From positions 98,796 through 162,795 of the forward strand of contig JBHLMQ010000004.1 in NCBI GenBank assembly GCA_048938005.1: 64,000 bases of DNA, written 5' to 3'. The translations under genes and the position numbers were made by a program. Shown here piece by piece: positions 49,280 to 60,091 of the stretch. Every line of letters starts with the position of its first letter. The stretch's first letter is position 1. Below the pieces are notes generated by a model. That model was not told the origin of the DNA and made no database searches. It worked only from the letters and a program-made list of their open reading frames with translations. Source of the stretch: Promethearchaeota archaeon. GTDB taxonomy: Archaea > Asgardarchaeota > Lokiarchaeia > Sigyniarchaeales > SOKP01.

Positions 49280-49438
49280 TTATTTCTCTTCTTTATCTAA
49301 TCGAATGTGCTTAAAAAGCTCATTGATTGGTTGATCTCCATGACATTTGATAATTTGATTTAAAGTACACCCTTGTGGATGCTTTTCTTTTATTTCTGGT
49401 TTATCACAAGCACATTCTTCTGTTTCTTTTATTTTCAT
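49280..49438 (-). CDS. Small Cys/His protein (52 aa)
   Basis: MKIKETEECACDKPEIKEKHPQGCTLNQIIKCHGDQPINELFKHIRLDKEEK; first gene of the ABC operon. Confidence 0.65.
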   Translation of the reverse strand: MKIKETEECACDKPEIKEKHPQGCTLNQIIKCHGDQPINELFKHIRLDKEEK

Positions 49439-49727
49439 CTTTTAATTACATCCGATTCTGTATTTTCGATTTTTTTTAATTCTATAGAAAATAAATACCT
49501 TCTCTATTATCTTCCCATTCAATCCCAATTTTTTAAACGTTCTTTTGTATGTGTGTAGAAGCATATTTATAGTAATTGCGTTATCATTTTCAAGATCGAA
49601 ATTGAACTATCATAATAGAATTTTCTATAAAATTTTTAATTAGTTAAATCTTAGATTAAACTAATCAAACCATATATTTAAATATTTCTAAAATCTTTAT
49701 ATTATAAGATTTTGATGGTTTAAGGAT

Positions 49728-50075
49728 ATGACGAAAGAAATAGATCTTGAAAATATAGGTACTTATATAAAAGCACTGCATTGTCAAATTCGATGGGTTT
49801 TAATAGATATTTTACGAGATGGCCCAAAATCTTCTGATGAAATTTTTAACCATCTTAAAAGTGTGAGTGAAAATATAGATGATAATATTCAATGCCATGG
49901 AATGTGTGGTAAAGGAGATTTTAAGGATTTAAGGAAACCATCTTTATATTATCATCTTAGAGAATTAGAAAGGGTAGGCATTATTAAGGCAGATTACAAG
50001 CCTAGTGAAAGTAAAAGAGCTCCTGAAAAATTATGGAGGTTAAATTTGGAAAAACTAACCATAAATTTGAAATAA
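49728..50075 (+). CDS. ArsR-like winged-helix regulator with CHGMC insert
   Basis: KALHCQIR..., LYYHLRELERVGII. Confidence 0.8.
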   Translation: MTKEIDLENIGTYIKALHCQIRWVLIDILRDGPKSSDEIFNHLKSVSENIDDNIQCHGMCGKGDFKDLRKPSLYYHLRELERVGIIKADYKPSESKRAPEKLWRLNLEKLTINLK

Positions 50076-50136
50076 TTTTAAAATAATAATATTCTGGTTT
50101 TGGAATTTTTGTAGCGAGAAAGTTTTGGTACTTTTT

Positions 50137-50772
50137 TTATTTTATTTTTAGGCAAAAAACTCCAAGATATATACCAAAAGCCCAACCTCCAAATAAAACC
50201 AGCCACTCAAAAAATCTCATTATTGATTCATTATTAAAAACCCAACTCATCATAAAAATAATGCTTATTGCTGCAAGAAAAAAACCGGGAATTGAATGAT
50301 AATTAGCAATCTTGTCTGCCCGTAATGTTATAATCCCAAAAATAAGATAAGATAAAGTTCCAAATATAAAAACTGCAAAAGCAGCAATAACATGTGGGAT
50401 TAACACTGTATCTTGGGGTAATAATGCTACCATGAAACTCCCTATTGTAGTGATGATATTTGCTAAAACCCAATATTGAATAGTCTTTTTTTGCTTTGAA
50501 TCCTTATTCTGGAATAAAATCACTAAAAAAAACCAACCAAATGGTGAAATGGCACTATTGATTATTAACCCTGTACTAAAAGCGAGGTATGCGTTATTAG
50601 GGGTGCTTAATGCTCCTAAGTCGCTTATGTAGTTGGTTAATATACTATAAGTTGCACCTCCCGCGGTATATAACGCAATAGAGATAACAATTGAAACTAT
50701 ACTAGTCGCTACCCCAATAAAATAGAAATAGCCCCCATTAACTTTTTTATAAAAAACCTCCATTCTATCCAT
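50137..50772 (-). CDS. DUF998-like membrane protein
   Basis: NYISDLG, H..AA, EW motifs; about 6 TM helices. Confidence 0.75.
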   Translation of the reverse strand: MDRMEVFYKKVNGGYFYFIGVATSIVSIVISIALYTAGGATYSILTNYISDLGALSTPNNAYLAFSTGLIINSAISPFGWFFLVILFQNKDSKQKKTIQYWVLANIITTIGSFMVALLPQDTVLIPHVIAAFAVFIFGTLSYLIFGIITLRADKIANYHSIPGFFLAAISIIFMMSWVFNNESIMRFFEWLVLFGGWAFGIYLGVFCLKIK

Positions 50773-50993
50773 TTGGGATCACTAAATCATTTAGAATAAT
50801 AATATAATAAGATCATCATATAAATATACCTTGCTGGAAAAATCATTCTATTTTCACTATAAAATTTGAACTTTAACAAAAATTAAAATCTTATTAAATC
50901 TTCATAAAAGGTTTGAATTAACTTTATATAATAGGATTGAATTATCATCTTTAACATTCAATTTATCTAATAAAATAGAAAGGTTGAAATTAA

Positions 50994-51431
50994 ATGAGTG
51001 AAACTAAAAAGAAAGATTCGAATGAACTATTAAATATTCTAATGATTATTATCGGACTTCTCTTTGTCTTCAAAGCTGTTATGGAATTCCTAGCTTGGAC
51101 GGGGATTTATGAGCCTACTTGGTTAAAAATAGCAGATTTGGATGCAGCTAATTCTATTTTTGGTGGTCAGGGCGTAATTTCAATGCTTTTAGGAATCTGG
51201 TGTTTAATTGCTGGTATTGGTATGTTTAGAGAAGAAGAATATGCAATGGGAATTGGCTTAGTCGTTCTTAGTATAATGGCTGCAGTTGGTATTACTGCAA
51301 TAGTAGGATGGATATCAGCTCCAGCATCTTTTGATCCCGGTTATTTTATAAATTATATCATAATTGCTGCTACTATCATTGGAGTCTTGGGATTTATCTG
51401 GCTACTTTTTACATATAAGAGATACGACTAA
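50994..51431 (+). CDS. 4-TM membrane protein
   Basis: Hydrophobic helices. Confidence 0.75.
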   Translation: MSETKKKDSNELLNILMIIIGLLFVFKAVMEFLAWTGIYEPTWLKIADLDAANSIFGGQGVISMLLGIWCLIAGIGMFREEEYAMGIGLVVLSIMAAVGITAIVGWISAPASFDPGYFINYIIIAATIIGVLGFIWLLFTYKRYD

Positions 51432-51745
51432 ATTGTACCGATTCTTAAAAATTTAATTATTAATTTTTTTTTTCTATTAATTTCTATAGATTTTATAAAA
51501 AAAGTCGAAAAAACAGCTCTGATAATATTGTTTAGCTATAATTGGTAAATAAATTTCAATTTAATAAAAAATATGTATTATCGTTTTTTTCTCAATTTTT
51601 ACTCAATGATTTAAAGATTATTTTCAAATTAATTGAATTTGTATATATATTTCTATAGAACTTCTAATAAATAGTTAGCAAAGTCTTAAAAAGTCTCAAA
51701 ATAAAATTATTCATAAAACAATTTAGAAATCAATGTGAATTTATA

Positions 51746-52528
51746 ATGATAAGTTGGATTTTATTTGGTGTATTCGGCATTTGGATTATAATTAACCGAT
51801 TTAGTGAGGGAGGTAAAGTTGAAGGTTACCCTCTTGGTATGCCTCGCGGAACAGTGAGAGCATTAATAGCGATTATGCTTGTTGCATTTCCATTTAGTTA
51901 TATAATATTTGGAGGAGAAATCCCACCGTTAATAGTTAACATTATCTTTGTTGTTGTTGCTTTTTACTTTGAAGCCAGACGGAGTGAACGCGAGAAATTA
52001 AAAAATATCGTTGATGAAATAGAGACTTCAGATATTATTCTCGAAGATGTAAGAAAGGAAAAAAAACCACTTTATATACCTAAATATAGTGTTAGATTCC
52101 TTTTACTGGTGATGCTGGTGATCGTCCAAATTATGATTTTCTTACAACCAGGGACTTATTTTCAAGTAACAAATACTCTTACAGATCTATTATTAATTAT
52201 TGGTCTTTTTATCATCGGCGCGTTTTTCAGATCTATTCTAAAATCTCGAGAAAGAAAAAAAATTAAAGAAAAAATCGCAAATATGGATGCTTCTCTATCT
52301 GAAGTTCAAATTATTGAAAAGTTAATGCTTGAAGAACCTAGTTGGTGGAAACGAACGGGAAAAAACATACTTTCTTTAACAATGTTAGTTGCTGTCGTTG
52401 TAGCACTATTATGCTATACATTCAATTGGGACTATATTTTATTTGAAATTTATATTCCGGAATATAGACTAACTATAGTAGGTGTATTACTACTTCTTGT
52501 CAACGTGTACTATGGTTTCAGAGATTAA
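51746..52528 (+). CDS. Membrane protein with internal repeat
   Basis: PLGMPRGTVRALI and PLYIPKYSVRFLL repeats, each followed by a TM hairpin ending FYF/AFF. Confidence 0.75.
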   Translation: MISWILFGVFGIWIIINRFSEGGKVEGYPLGMPRGTVRALIAIMLVAFPFSYIIFGGEIPPLIVNIIFVVVAFYFEARRSEREKLKNIVDEIETSDIILEDVRKEKKPLYIPKYSVRFLLLVMLVIVQIMIFLQPGTYFQVTNTLTDLLLIIGLFIIGAFFRSILKSRERKKIKEKIANMDASLSEVQIIEKLMLEEPSWWKRTGKNILSLTMLVAVVVALLCYTFNWDYILFEIYIPEYRLTIVGVLLLLVNVYYGFRD

Positions 52529-52730
52529 ATTTTTATTCAACTAAATGATTTAATTAACTTTTTTTTTAATTACAAGACTCTAATTAATTAGAAATAAAAT
52601 TTCAAAAATTATTCGTTATATTAGTAAAGCAATACTGAATATATTTAAAATTATTAAAAAGTTCATTGATTTTCATAATCACATTAAATAATTTAATGGA
52701 ATCATGAATTTTTTTGAATATAAAGATCAA

Positions 52731-53522
52731 TTATAAGATCTCCCTTTTGTAAGGTTTTCCTTTTTTCCAGTACCACTCAAACAATTCTTTCGTCCAAATT
52801 ATAAAAGATTCGTGATTATCAATTAAACATTGGCTATAGTCAATTTCTCCATCTTTATTTAAGAATAGAATCGCCCCTTTATCGCATACTATAAGAGAAA
52901 AAGGAATTTGTTCTAATAATCTTATGTTTTCAAAGATTTTCAATTTTTTATAGAAAGAATTAGGTTCTTTAAATAATTGAGCCCATTCATCAGGAATTCT
53001 ATATGTTTTTACTAAATTCTGATCAATTAAGGCTCTGATATCGATTGTTTGCTTCTTCATTTTTTTCTCTGCTTCTCTTAAAAGATTTTTTTGATACTGA
53101 TCGGTTATTGTATAAAGATATTCTTCAGAATTTTTTACTAAATTTTCAAATATTTCCATATTTTCCATGGTTTTATTTCCAAAGTCAACATCTTTTAGTT
53201 TTCCTAACTTGAATATAAGGTGTACTGGAATTTGAGTAATCTCATGACTATTTAAGAAATCTCCATGATTTAATGAAACCTCAAATATATCCATCATTCG
53301 TAGAAAAATTTTTCCAATATTTGTAATCACATATTTCCTTTCAACGCTTTTATTGATTAAATTCTTTTGAGATAACCTTCTCAAGTGGCGTGAGACTTCA
53401 GAACCCGGGATATTTAATTCTTTTTCGATTTTTCCGTGTCTTTTACTTTCATTATATAAACTTTTGAGTACTTCATATCTCTCCTTATTAGAAAACTCAA
53501 ATAATAAGTCAGGTAAATCCAA
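52731..53522 (-). CDS. Archaeal winged-helix regulator (DUF1724-like)
   Basis: LLFEFSNKER, EVSRHLRRL, WTKELFEWYW. Confidence 0.8.
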   Translation of the reverse strand: MDLPDLLFEFSNKERYEVLKSLYNESKRHGKIEKELNIPGSEVSRHLRRLSQKNLINKSVERKYVITNIGKIFLRMMDIFEVSLNHGDFLNSHEITQIPVHLIFKLGKLKDVDFGNKTMENMEIFENLVKNSEEYLYTITDQYQKNLLREAEKKMKKQTIDIRALIDQNLVKTYRIPDEWAQLFKEPNSFYKKLKIFENIRLLEQIPFSLIVCDKGAILFLNKDGEIDYSQCLIDNHESFIIWTKELFEWYWKKGKPYKREIL

Positions 53523-53783
53523 TTTTAATCCTTTTTTTAAATTGCAGTTTTTTATTATATATGATATAATTTGAATAATTATTTAAATCAATTTAAATAA
53601 TTTAGAAAAAATTAAACTTAATTTAAAATTGTTTAAAACAGTTATAAGGTTTATTTTTTAATTATCTTATAATTCATGTATATAAGATTATATTTTTAGT
53701 AATATAGAAATAAAAATTTTCATTGAAATCTAATTTAAATGAAAAAAGTAAGATTATAATTAAAAAGAAATTGGCGAACAAAT

Positions 53784-54083
53784 ATGTATGAAGAATTAGA
53801 ATTACGAGCTTTAAAATTACTAGCAAAAAATTTTGAGTATAACCAAGCTTTACATATGGAAGCCGATCAAATGGCTAGTTTACTTGGAGTGAAGAAAAAG
53901 GACATTCAACCTGTATTAAAAGCTTTAGGAGAAGCTCAACTGGCAAACCTCTATGAAGAAGGTGATAAAATTAAATTAGCGAAGATATCATGGCAAGGGT
54001 TAAATGAAATTGGAGAGGTTAACTTGAAGTATGGTATGGGAAAGGATACTTATAAAAATTATGATGCGGAGGGATACCGATAA
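53784..54083 (+). CDS. Small winged-helix-like protein leading the beta-oxidation operon
   Basis: MASLLGVKKKDIQPVLKAL...AKISWQG; stop overlaps next start (TAATG). Confidence 0.6.
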   Translation: MYEELELRALKLLAKNFEYNQALHMEADQMASLLGVKKKDIQPVLKALGEAQLANLYEEGDKIKLAKISWQGLNEIGEVNLKYGMGKDTYKNYDAEGYR

Positions 54084-55330
54084 TGCCTTTTGACTATATG
54101 CCTTGGTGGGATAAAGAAACTAAAGAATTTGCTGATGAAGTTGAAAATTTTTGTGATACTGAATTAGTACCACGCACAATAAAACTTTTAGAACAAAATA
54201 AAGATCCAATGGAAATCCAATGGAGCGCATCAAAACTTTGTGTAGAAAAAGGATTCCATCCCTTAATGGTTTTAGCAGAAGAAGAATATGGGGGTCGTGA
54301 TAAAGGCTATGCAGGTTACACAATTTTGAATGAAGAAATTGGTCGTTCAAACTTAAATGTAAACCCATTATTAACTAGCGTGTTTGGTGCTGGTCCAATT
54401 CATTTGTTTGGTACAGATGCTCAAAAAAAGAAATTTTTAGAACCAATTGTTAGAGGCGAAAAATGGGCTTCAATTACAGTGACCGAACCGGATGTTGGCA
54501 ATGATGCAGCTGGAGTTCAGCTCCATGCTGAGGAAGATGGCGATGAATGGGTTTTAAATGGGTGGAAGCGTTTCATTACACTTGGCGCGATTTCTGATTA
54601 TCATATGCTTTATGCAAGCAGTGATCCTGAAATGAAAAGAATATATCGGCATCTTACGGCATTTCTAGTACCAACTGACACTCCTGGTATAACTATTGAA
54701 AAAATTAATGAATTAATTGGAGATGTAGAAATGGCAAACTCTGTAATTAGATATCGAGATGTTAGAGTTCCAAAAGAAAATATGATATTAGATCCTGGCG
54801 ATGGATGGACAGTTATGACAAGTGCTCTAAATATTGAAAGGTTAGGAATTGCTAGCGTAGTGGGCTCATCTAAAAATTTATTAGAAACTGCTCGGGCCTA
54901 TGGCCGTAGAAGAGTCCAGTTTGGGTCTCCTATCTCTCGCTATAATGGAGTTCAATTAAGGATGGCCAATATCAGCATGAAAATGCATCTTATTAGAGTT
55001 TATATATATTATTTAGCCCATTTGTTAGACACTGGTGAAGCTGATATGTTCACTTTTGCTTTAAAATCTTCAACCGCTAAGATATTCGGAACCCAATCTC
55101 TGACAGAAATGGCTTTGGATGCTCTTTTTATTGTTGGTGGGGATGGTTATCTCCAAGAAACAGGGATTGGTGGAATTTTAAAGAATGGGGCTTTAATGCA
55201 AATTGCTGGTGGCTCAAATGACATATTGAAATTATTTATTGGTAGACAAGAATTCAAACAAGATGTGGATGAACGTATGTTAACTCCTTCAGTCAGAGGT
55301 CCAACAAAAGAAGAAGCAGATAAATTATAA
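54083..55330 (+). CDS. Acyl-CoA dehydrogenase
   Basis: EEYGG, TEPDVGND, LNGWKRFIT, RVQFG, GGDGY. Confidence 0.95.
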   Translation: MPFDYMPWWDKETKEFADEVENFCDTELVPRTIKLLEQNKDPMEIQWSASKLCVEKGFHPLMVLAEEEYGGRDKGYAGYTILNEEIGRSNLNVNPLLTSVFGAGPIHLFGTDAQKKKFLEPIVRGEKWASITVTEPDVGNDAAGVQLHAEEDGDEWVLNGWKRFITLGAISDYHMLYASSDPEMKRIYRHLTAFLVPTDTPGITIEKINELIGDVEMANSVIRYRDVRVPKENMILDPGDGWTVMTSALNIERLGIASVVGSSKNLLETARAYGRRRVQFGSPISRYNGVQLRMANISMKMHLIRVYIYYLAHLLDTGEADMFTFALKSSTAKIFGTQSLTEMALDALFIVGGDGYLQETGIGGILKNGALMQIAGGSNDILKLFIGRQEFKQDVDERMLTPSVRGPTKEEADKL

Positions 55331-55352
55331 GAAAATTTGGAGGTAAATTAAA

Positions 55353-56153
55353 TTGGTAAAATATAAAGAAGTAAAATTTGAAATAAAAGATGAGATCGGA
55401 ATTATAACAATCGATAGACCAGAGAGAAGAAACGCTCTATGTAGAGATGTTTGGGCAAGTATAGGAGAAATTTTATCAGATACGTGGGACGATATAAATG
55501 TAAGAGTGATAATACTCACAGGAAATGACGAGGAATATAAAGGTGGTCGTGCTTTTTCAGCAGGGCTCGATATTAAAGAAATGTCCACAACAGGATTCAA
55601 AAATCTTGGAGATTTTCTTGGTATCTTGCTTGATCCATGTGAATTAATGGCGCGTTATCCAAAACCTCTAATTGCTGCTATTAATGGTTATGCTTATGCT
55701 GGAGGGCTTGAGCTTACATTATGGTGTGATTGTGCTATAGTTGCAGATGATGCCGTAATGGGTTTTTGGGAAAATAGGAGAGGTTTAGCTAGTGGTGTAG
55801 CATTCTTATTACTGCCCGAATTAATTGGAATGCGTCACACTAAAGAGTTATTATTAACTGGAAAAATAATTTCTGCGGAGGAGGCTTATAGGATGGGATT
55901 AGTTAATCAAGTAGTTCCTCACAATGAATTAATGAATGCTGCAATGGAAATGGCAGAAGGAATGAAAAAAGTTGCTCCAATAAGCCATAAATGGACTAAA
56001 AAATGGTTCCAGCAAGGATACCATTATACAAGAACCAGAGCAATTGGTAGTTTGTGGGAACCATTCCAAGAATTATTCCATAGTGAAGACGTTATAGAAG
56101 GTTTTACCGCTTTCATGGAGGGTAATAGAGAACCGAAATGGAAGGGAAAATAA
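55353..56153 (+). CDS. Enoyl-CoA hydratase/isomerase
   Basis: RAFSAGLD, PLIAAINGYAYAGGLEL. Confidence 0.93.
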   Translation: MVKYKEVKFEIKDEIGIITIDRPERRNALCRDVWASIGEILSDTWDDINVRVIILTGNDEEYKGGRAFSAGLDIKEMSTTGFKNLGDFLGILLDPCELMARYPKPLIAAINGYAYAGGLELTLWCDCAIVADDAVMGFWENRRGLASGVAFLLLPELIGMRHTKELLLTGKIISAEEAYRMGLVNQVVPHNELMNAAMEMAEGMKKVAPISHKWTKKWFQQGYHYTRTRAIGSLWEPFQELFHSEDVIEGFTAFMEGNREPKWKGK

Positions 56154-56219
56154 TTAAAATTTTTTTTTAAATTAAAATGAGAGTGTATATAAAAAAATAT
56201 GAAAATGAGGTAAAAAAAA

Positions 56220-56549
56220 ATGGCAGATGAAGAATTAGTTGAAGGTATTAAAAAAATGGTCAGTAAGCTAGATGATCCTGCATATCAAGAACGATTTAAG
56301 GATTTTGAGAGAACCTTACAGTTCAATTTCACTGACACGAACAATTACTATCTTGTTTTCAAGGATGCAAAATGTGAAATCAAAGAGGGCGATATTGAAG
56401 ATCCTAATATAACAATCACGACTCAGAGTGAAGTTATTATTGACATCATGGATGGAGAATTGAGTCCAACAAAAGCGTTTATGGGAGGAAAACTCAAAGC
56501 TAAGGGACCTATGAAAGACATGTTAAAAATGCAAATGTTGATGAAATAA
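56220..56549 (+). CDS. SCP2 sterol/lipid-binding protein
   Basis: LSPTKAFMGGKLKAKG. Confidence 0.9.
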   Translation: MADEELVEGIKKMVSKLDDPAYQERFKDFERTLQFNFTDTNNYYLVFKDAKCEIKEGDIEDPNITITTQSEVIIDIMDGELSPTKAFMGGKLKAKGPMKDMLKMQMLMK

Positions 56550-56617
56550 ACTTTTAGATTTAATAACTTAATTTTTTTTCATTTTATATTAAAATAAAAC
56601 CAAGTAGGGTTAAAGAA

Positions 56618-57436
56618 ATGGAATTCAAATATCTTTTATTTGAAGTAAGAAATAATGTAGGTATTGTTACATTCAATAGAGAATATAAACTAAATGCCAT
56701 AAATGGCAAAATGTTTGATGAAATTTATGATGCTTTAGACGAAATCGCTAATAATAATGATATTAGAGCAGCAATTATTACTGGAAAAGGTCGTGCTTTT
56801 TCAACAGGAGGAGATTTTGATCAAGCAAGTCAGGGGATGGCGGGAGATGTGGATTCTGTAGAAGATGGAGGAAAAATGCAATCAGGAGAACTAGAAATTG
56901 ATGTCTCTCAAAAAAGAATAGTGTTAAAGTTACAAAGAACACCTAAGCCCATCATAGCCGCTATTAATGGGTTAGCTTTAGGAGGAGGATTAAATATTGC
57001 ATTAAATTGTGATTTAATATATGCTGCTGATAATGCAGAACTTGGCACTTATTTTATGAAGAGAGCGATTATTCCTGAGATGTCTTCTACCTACATTCTC
57101 CCCAGGATAGTAGGTATACATAAAGCGAAAGAATTGATCTTTTTTGGGGATAGATTTAGTGCACAAGATGCTCTAAATATAGGATTAATCAATGGTGTAT
57201 TTCCTGCGAAAGAGTTTATGAACCGAGTGATGAACGTTGCTGAGAGGTTAGCAGGAGGTCCTACATATTCGATTGGATTAGCGAAATTAGCTATTAATAA
57301 AGTACTCGAAGACAAAATAAAACTAGCACTTGAAGAAGAAGCTGATGCATTGTTTAAAGCATTTGATTCAGAAGATTTTACTGAAGGTTTATTAGCTTTC
57401 TTTGAAAAAAGAGATCCCAAATTCTTAGGACGATAA
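56618..57436 (+). CDS. Enoyl-CoA hydratase/isomerase (PaaG-like)
   Basis: RAFSTGGD, PIIAAINGLALGGG. Confidence 0.93.
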   Translation: MEFKYLLFEVRNNVGIVTFNREYKLNAINGKMFDEIYDALDEIANNNDIRAAIITGKGRAFSTGGDFDQASQGMAGDVDSVEDGGKMQSGELEIDVSQKRIVLKLQRTPKPIIAAINGLALGGGLNIALNCDLIYAADNAELGTYFMKRAIIPEMSSTYILPRIVGIHKAKELIFFGDRFSAQDALNIGLINGVFPAKEFMNRVMNVAERLAGGPTYSIGLAKLAINKVLEDKIKLALEEEADALFKAFDSEDFTEGLLAFFEKRDPKFLGR

Positions 57437-57454
57437 TATTTTATGTGGTAAATT

Positions 57455-57889
57455 ATGGAAGAAACTAAAGCTAAAAATTTATTAAAAATATTCTGTTTAA
57501 TTGGAGGGCTATATGAAATTTTATTTGGGTGTTTAATGATTTTCTTTCTTGTTCCTTTATTGAATTTATTAGGAGCAAGCATAACCCAATTACAATTTCC
57601 AATATTTTCTCAAACCGCCGGATTGTTGGCAATAATCTTAGGACTAATATTATTCTTTTCATCTTTAAATGTCAAAAAATATAGTTTAAATATTATTTTT
57701 ATTACAATATTACGTTTCACTATTCAAATCGTTATTATAATTAATATCATAAATATACCTGAGATTGCTTTTGGTCTATTTTTATTCGGTTTAATGGATT
57801 TAATTTTTGCTATTATCACGATTTATTTAATGGTAAAAGGAGATCTATCATTAAATATTTTAAAAATAATACAGGAAGGAGGAAATTAA
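57455..57889 (+). CDS. 4-TM membrane protein
   Basis: Hydrophobic helices within the operon. Confidence 0.7.
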   Translation: MEETKAKNLLKIFCLIGGLYEILFGCLMIFFLVPLLNLLGASITQLQFPIFSQTAGLLAIILGLILFFSSLNVKKYSLNIIFITILRFTIQIVIIINIINIPEIAFGLFLFGLMDLIFAIITIYLMVKGDLSLNILKIIQEGGN

Positions 57890-57920
57890 TATTAATACTA
57901 TTAAATCAATCATTAGTAAC

Positions 57921-58628
57921 GTGCTTGCTGAAAATCGTTCATTTCTAATGGAACATGAAAGTAAAGATTTAATTTCGAAATATGGAGTCCCTACGGGTGA
58001 ATATAAGTTAGTTGATAATAAATTTGAAGCTATAAAGTTTGCAAATAAAATAGGTTATCCTGTAGTTGCCAAACTCATGAGTCCCGATATTATTCATAAA
58101 ACAGATGCTAAAATAATTAAATTAAACATCAGAACAGACGAAGAATTAGAGAAAGCCTATGAGGAAATAATAGTTAACGGAAAAAATTACAATCCTAATG
58201 CTAAATTAGTAGGTGTAAATATCCAAAAAATGGCTGAAAAAGGGATTGCGGAAATTATAATAGGTGGATTAAGAGATAAAAATTTTGGTCCCGTTCTGAT
58301 GTTTGGCTTTGGTGGAATTTTTGTTGAATTGTTTAAAGATGTCTCATATAGGGTTTGCCCAATTACAAGAGAGGAAGCTAATAAAATGATTAGAAGTATT
58401 AAAGCATTCCCTCTATTAGAAGGTTATCGTGGAAAAAAAAAGGGTGATATTAATCAACTAATTACAGTAATAATTAATTCTTGTACTCTTTTAATGGAAA
58501 ATCCTGAAATAATTGAACTTGATTTAAATCCAGTAATTATATTTGAAATGGGTAAAGGTGTTATGGTATTAGATGCAAGGATTATACTAAGGGAGGAAGG
58601 TTTGGATGTCAAAGTTGAAAGATTTTGA
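57921..58628 (+). CDS. acdB: ADP-forming acyl-CoA synthetase beta subunit
   Basis: IGYPVVAK..SPDIIHKTD, FGPVLMFGFGG, ELDLNP, LDAR. Confidence 0.92.
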   Translation: MLAENRSFLMEHESKDLISKYGVPTGEYKLVDNKFEAIKFANKIGYPVVAKLMSPDIIHKTDAKIIKLNIRTDEELEKAYEEIIVNGKNYNPNAKLVGVNIQKMAEKGIAEIIIGGLRDKNFGPVLMFGFGGIFVELFKDVSYRVCPITREEANKMIRSIKAFPLLEGYRGKKKGDINQLITVIINSCTLLMENPEIIELDLNPVIIFEMGKGVMVLDARIILREEGLDVKVERF

Positions 58629-60066
58629 TGGATTTTTTAATCCAAAAACAGTTGCTTTTTATGGAGCTTCCAATATGATGCAAAAATTTGGAAGCATCCA
58701 TCTAACTAATTTATTATCTGCTGGATTTCAGGGAAAAGTGATTCCGATCCATCCAAAAGAAGAAGAAATTCTAGGTTTTAAAGCTTATAAAAATATAAAA
58801 GATGTTCCAGCACAGGTTGATTTAGCTGTAATGGCAATCAATCCAAAATTAATTAACAATTTCTTGGAGGATTGTGGTGAGAAAGGAGTAAAGCATGTCA
58901 TAATTTTATCGGGAGGCTTTTTAGAAGTTGGCAATAAAGAAGCACAAGATAAAATGAAAAAAATAGCTGAAAATTATGGTATAAAAATCATGGGACCGAA
59001 TTGTTCTGGTGAGGTAATTACTCCTTTTTTAAATATAACTCACGTACCATGGCCTCCAAGGAAAGGTGGTGTTTCTATCGTTTCACAATCTGGAACCTAT
59101 GCAGTCCAACCTTTAATTGCTATAAATTCAAAAATTGGATTAGGGATTTCAAAGATCATCTCTGTTGGAAATGAAGTGAATACAGATTTAGTGGATTATT
59201 TGGAAGCACTTGAAGAAGATGATGAAACAAACACTATAGGAATATATTTTGAAGCAGTAAGAAGAGGAAAAGAATTTATTGAGCTAATTGATCGAATTAA
59301 TCAAAAGAAGCCCATCGTAATTATACCAATTGGACAGACTGAAGCGGGTACAAGATCTGCGAAATCTCATACCGCAGCTATTACGTCTCCTGGTTATGTT
59401 ATTGATTCGATTTGTGAACAAACTGGGGCTATCAAAGTAAAAAATAGTATAGAAATGCTAAATTTACTTAATGCTTTCGACTCACTTCCACTTCCAAAAG
59501 GAAATCGAGTGGCAATTCTTACACTAGGTGGTGGACCAGGTACATTAATGTCGGATTTATTTGAGAGCAATGGAATGAAAGTTCCTATGTTAAGTAAAGA
59601 ATTACAAGAGAAATTAAAACCATGGATGCCAGAAACTGCGTCAACTATTAATCCCATAGATTTAACATACTCTGATGATATGCAAAATTTCCTAAATGTA
59701 TTACCAGAAATATTGCTTAAAAGTGATGAGATTGATTCTCTCATTTTTTATGGTCTTATGGGAACAGAGTATTTTAAAAATCTTGTAAATGTTCCAGAAT
59801 ACATGGAGGATCATGAAAGTATTATAACTATGAAGAACTTTGGTGAAATGATGGAAGATTTTTTTACAGCTCTTTTTGATGAAATAATTGAGTTTAAAGA
59901 AAAATATCAAAAACCCATAATTTTAACTTGTTATAATACAAGAGAAGAAAAATTCGTAGCTTACTTACAAGATCATGGAATCCCTGTTTATTATCCTGAA
60001 GAAGGTGTATGGACTCTCATTAGAATGTGGCAATATAAGAAATTTTTGCAATCAAAAAAAAAATAA
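58606..60066 (+). CDS. acdA: ADP-forming acyl-CoA synthetase alpha subunit
   Basis: GAS, MGPNC, SQSG, SVGN, SHT (phospho-His), NPIDL. Confidence 0.92.
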   Translation: MSKLKDFDGFFNPKTVAFYGASNMMQKFGSIHLTNLLSAGFQGKVIPIHPKEEEILGFKAYKNIKDVPAQVDLAVMAINPKLINNFLEDCGEKGVKHVIILSGGFLEVGNKEAQDKMKKIAENYGIKIMGPNCSGEVITPFLNITHVPWPPRKGGVSIVSQSGTYAVQPLIAINSKIGLGISKIISVGNEVNTDLVDYLEALEEDDETNTIGIYFEAVRRGKEFIELIDRINQKKPIVIIPIGQTEAGTRSAKSHTAAITSPGYVIDSICEQTGAIKVKNSIEMLNLLNAFDSLPLPKGNRVAILTLGGGPGTLMSDLFESNGMKVPMLSKELQEKLKPWMPETASTINPIDLTYSDDMQNFLNVLPEILLKSDEIDSLIFYGLMGTEYFKNLVNVPEYMEDHESIITMKNFGEMMEDFFTALFDEIIEFKEKYQKPIILTCYNTREEKFVAYLQDHGIPVYYPEEGVWTLIRMWQYKKFLQSKKK

Positions 60067-60091
60067 GAGTTTGGATAGATTATGATTAATT

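Noticed and set aside
49373-49558. 61-aa Phe-rich plus-strand ORF
   Set aside because: Low-complexity reading of T-rich DNA, antisense to the Cys/His peptide.
57091-57582. 163-aa minus-strand ORF and similar short antisense ORFs throughout
   Set aside because: They lie antisense to or nested in well-supported genes and have no motifs.
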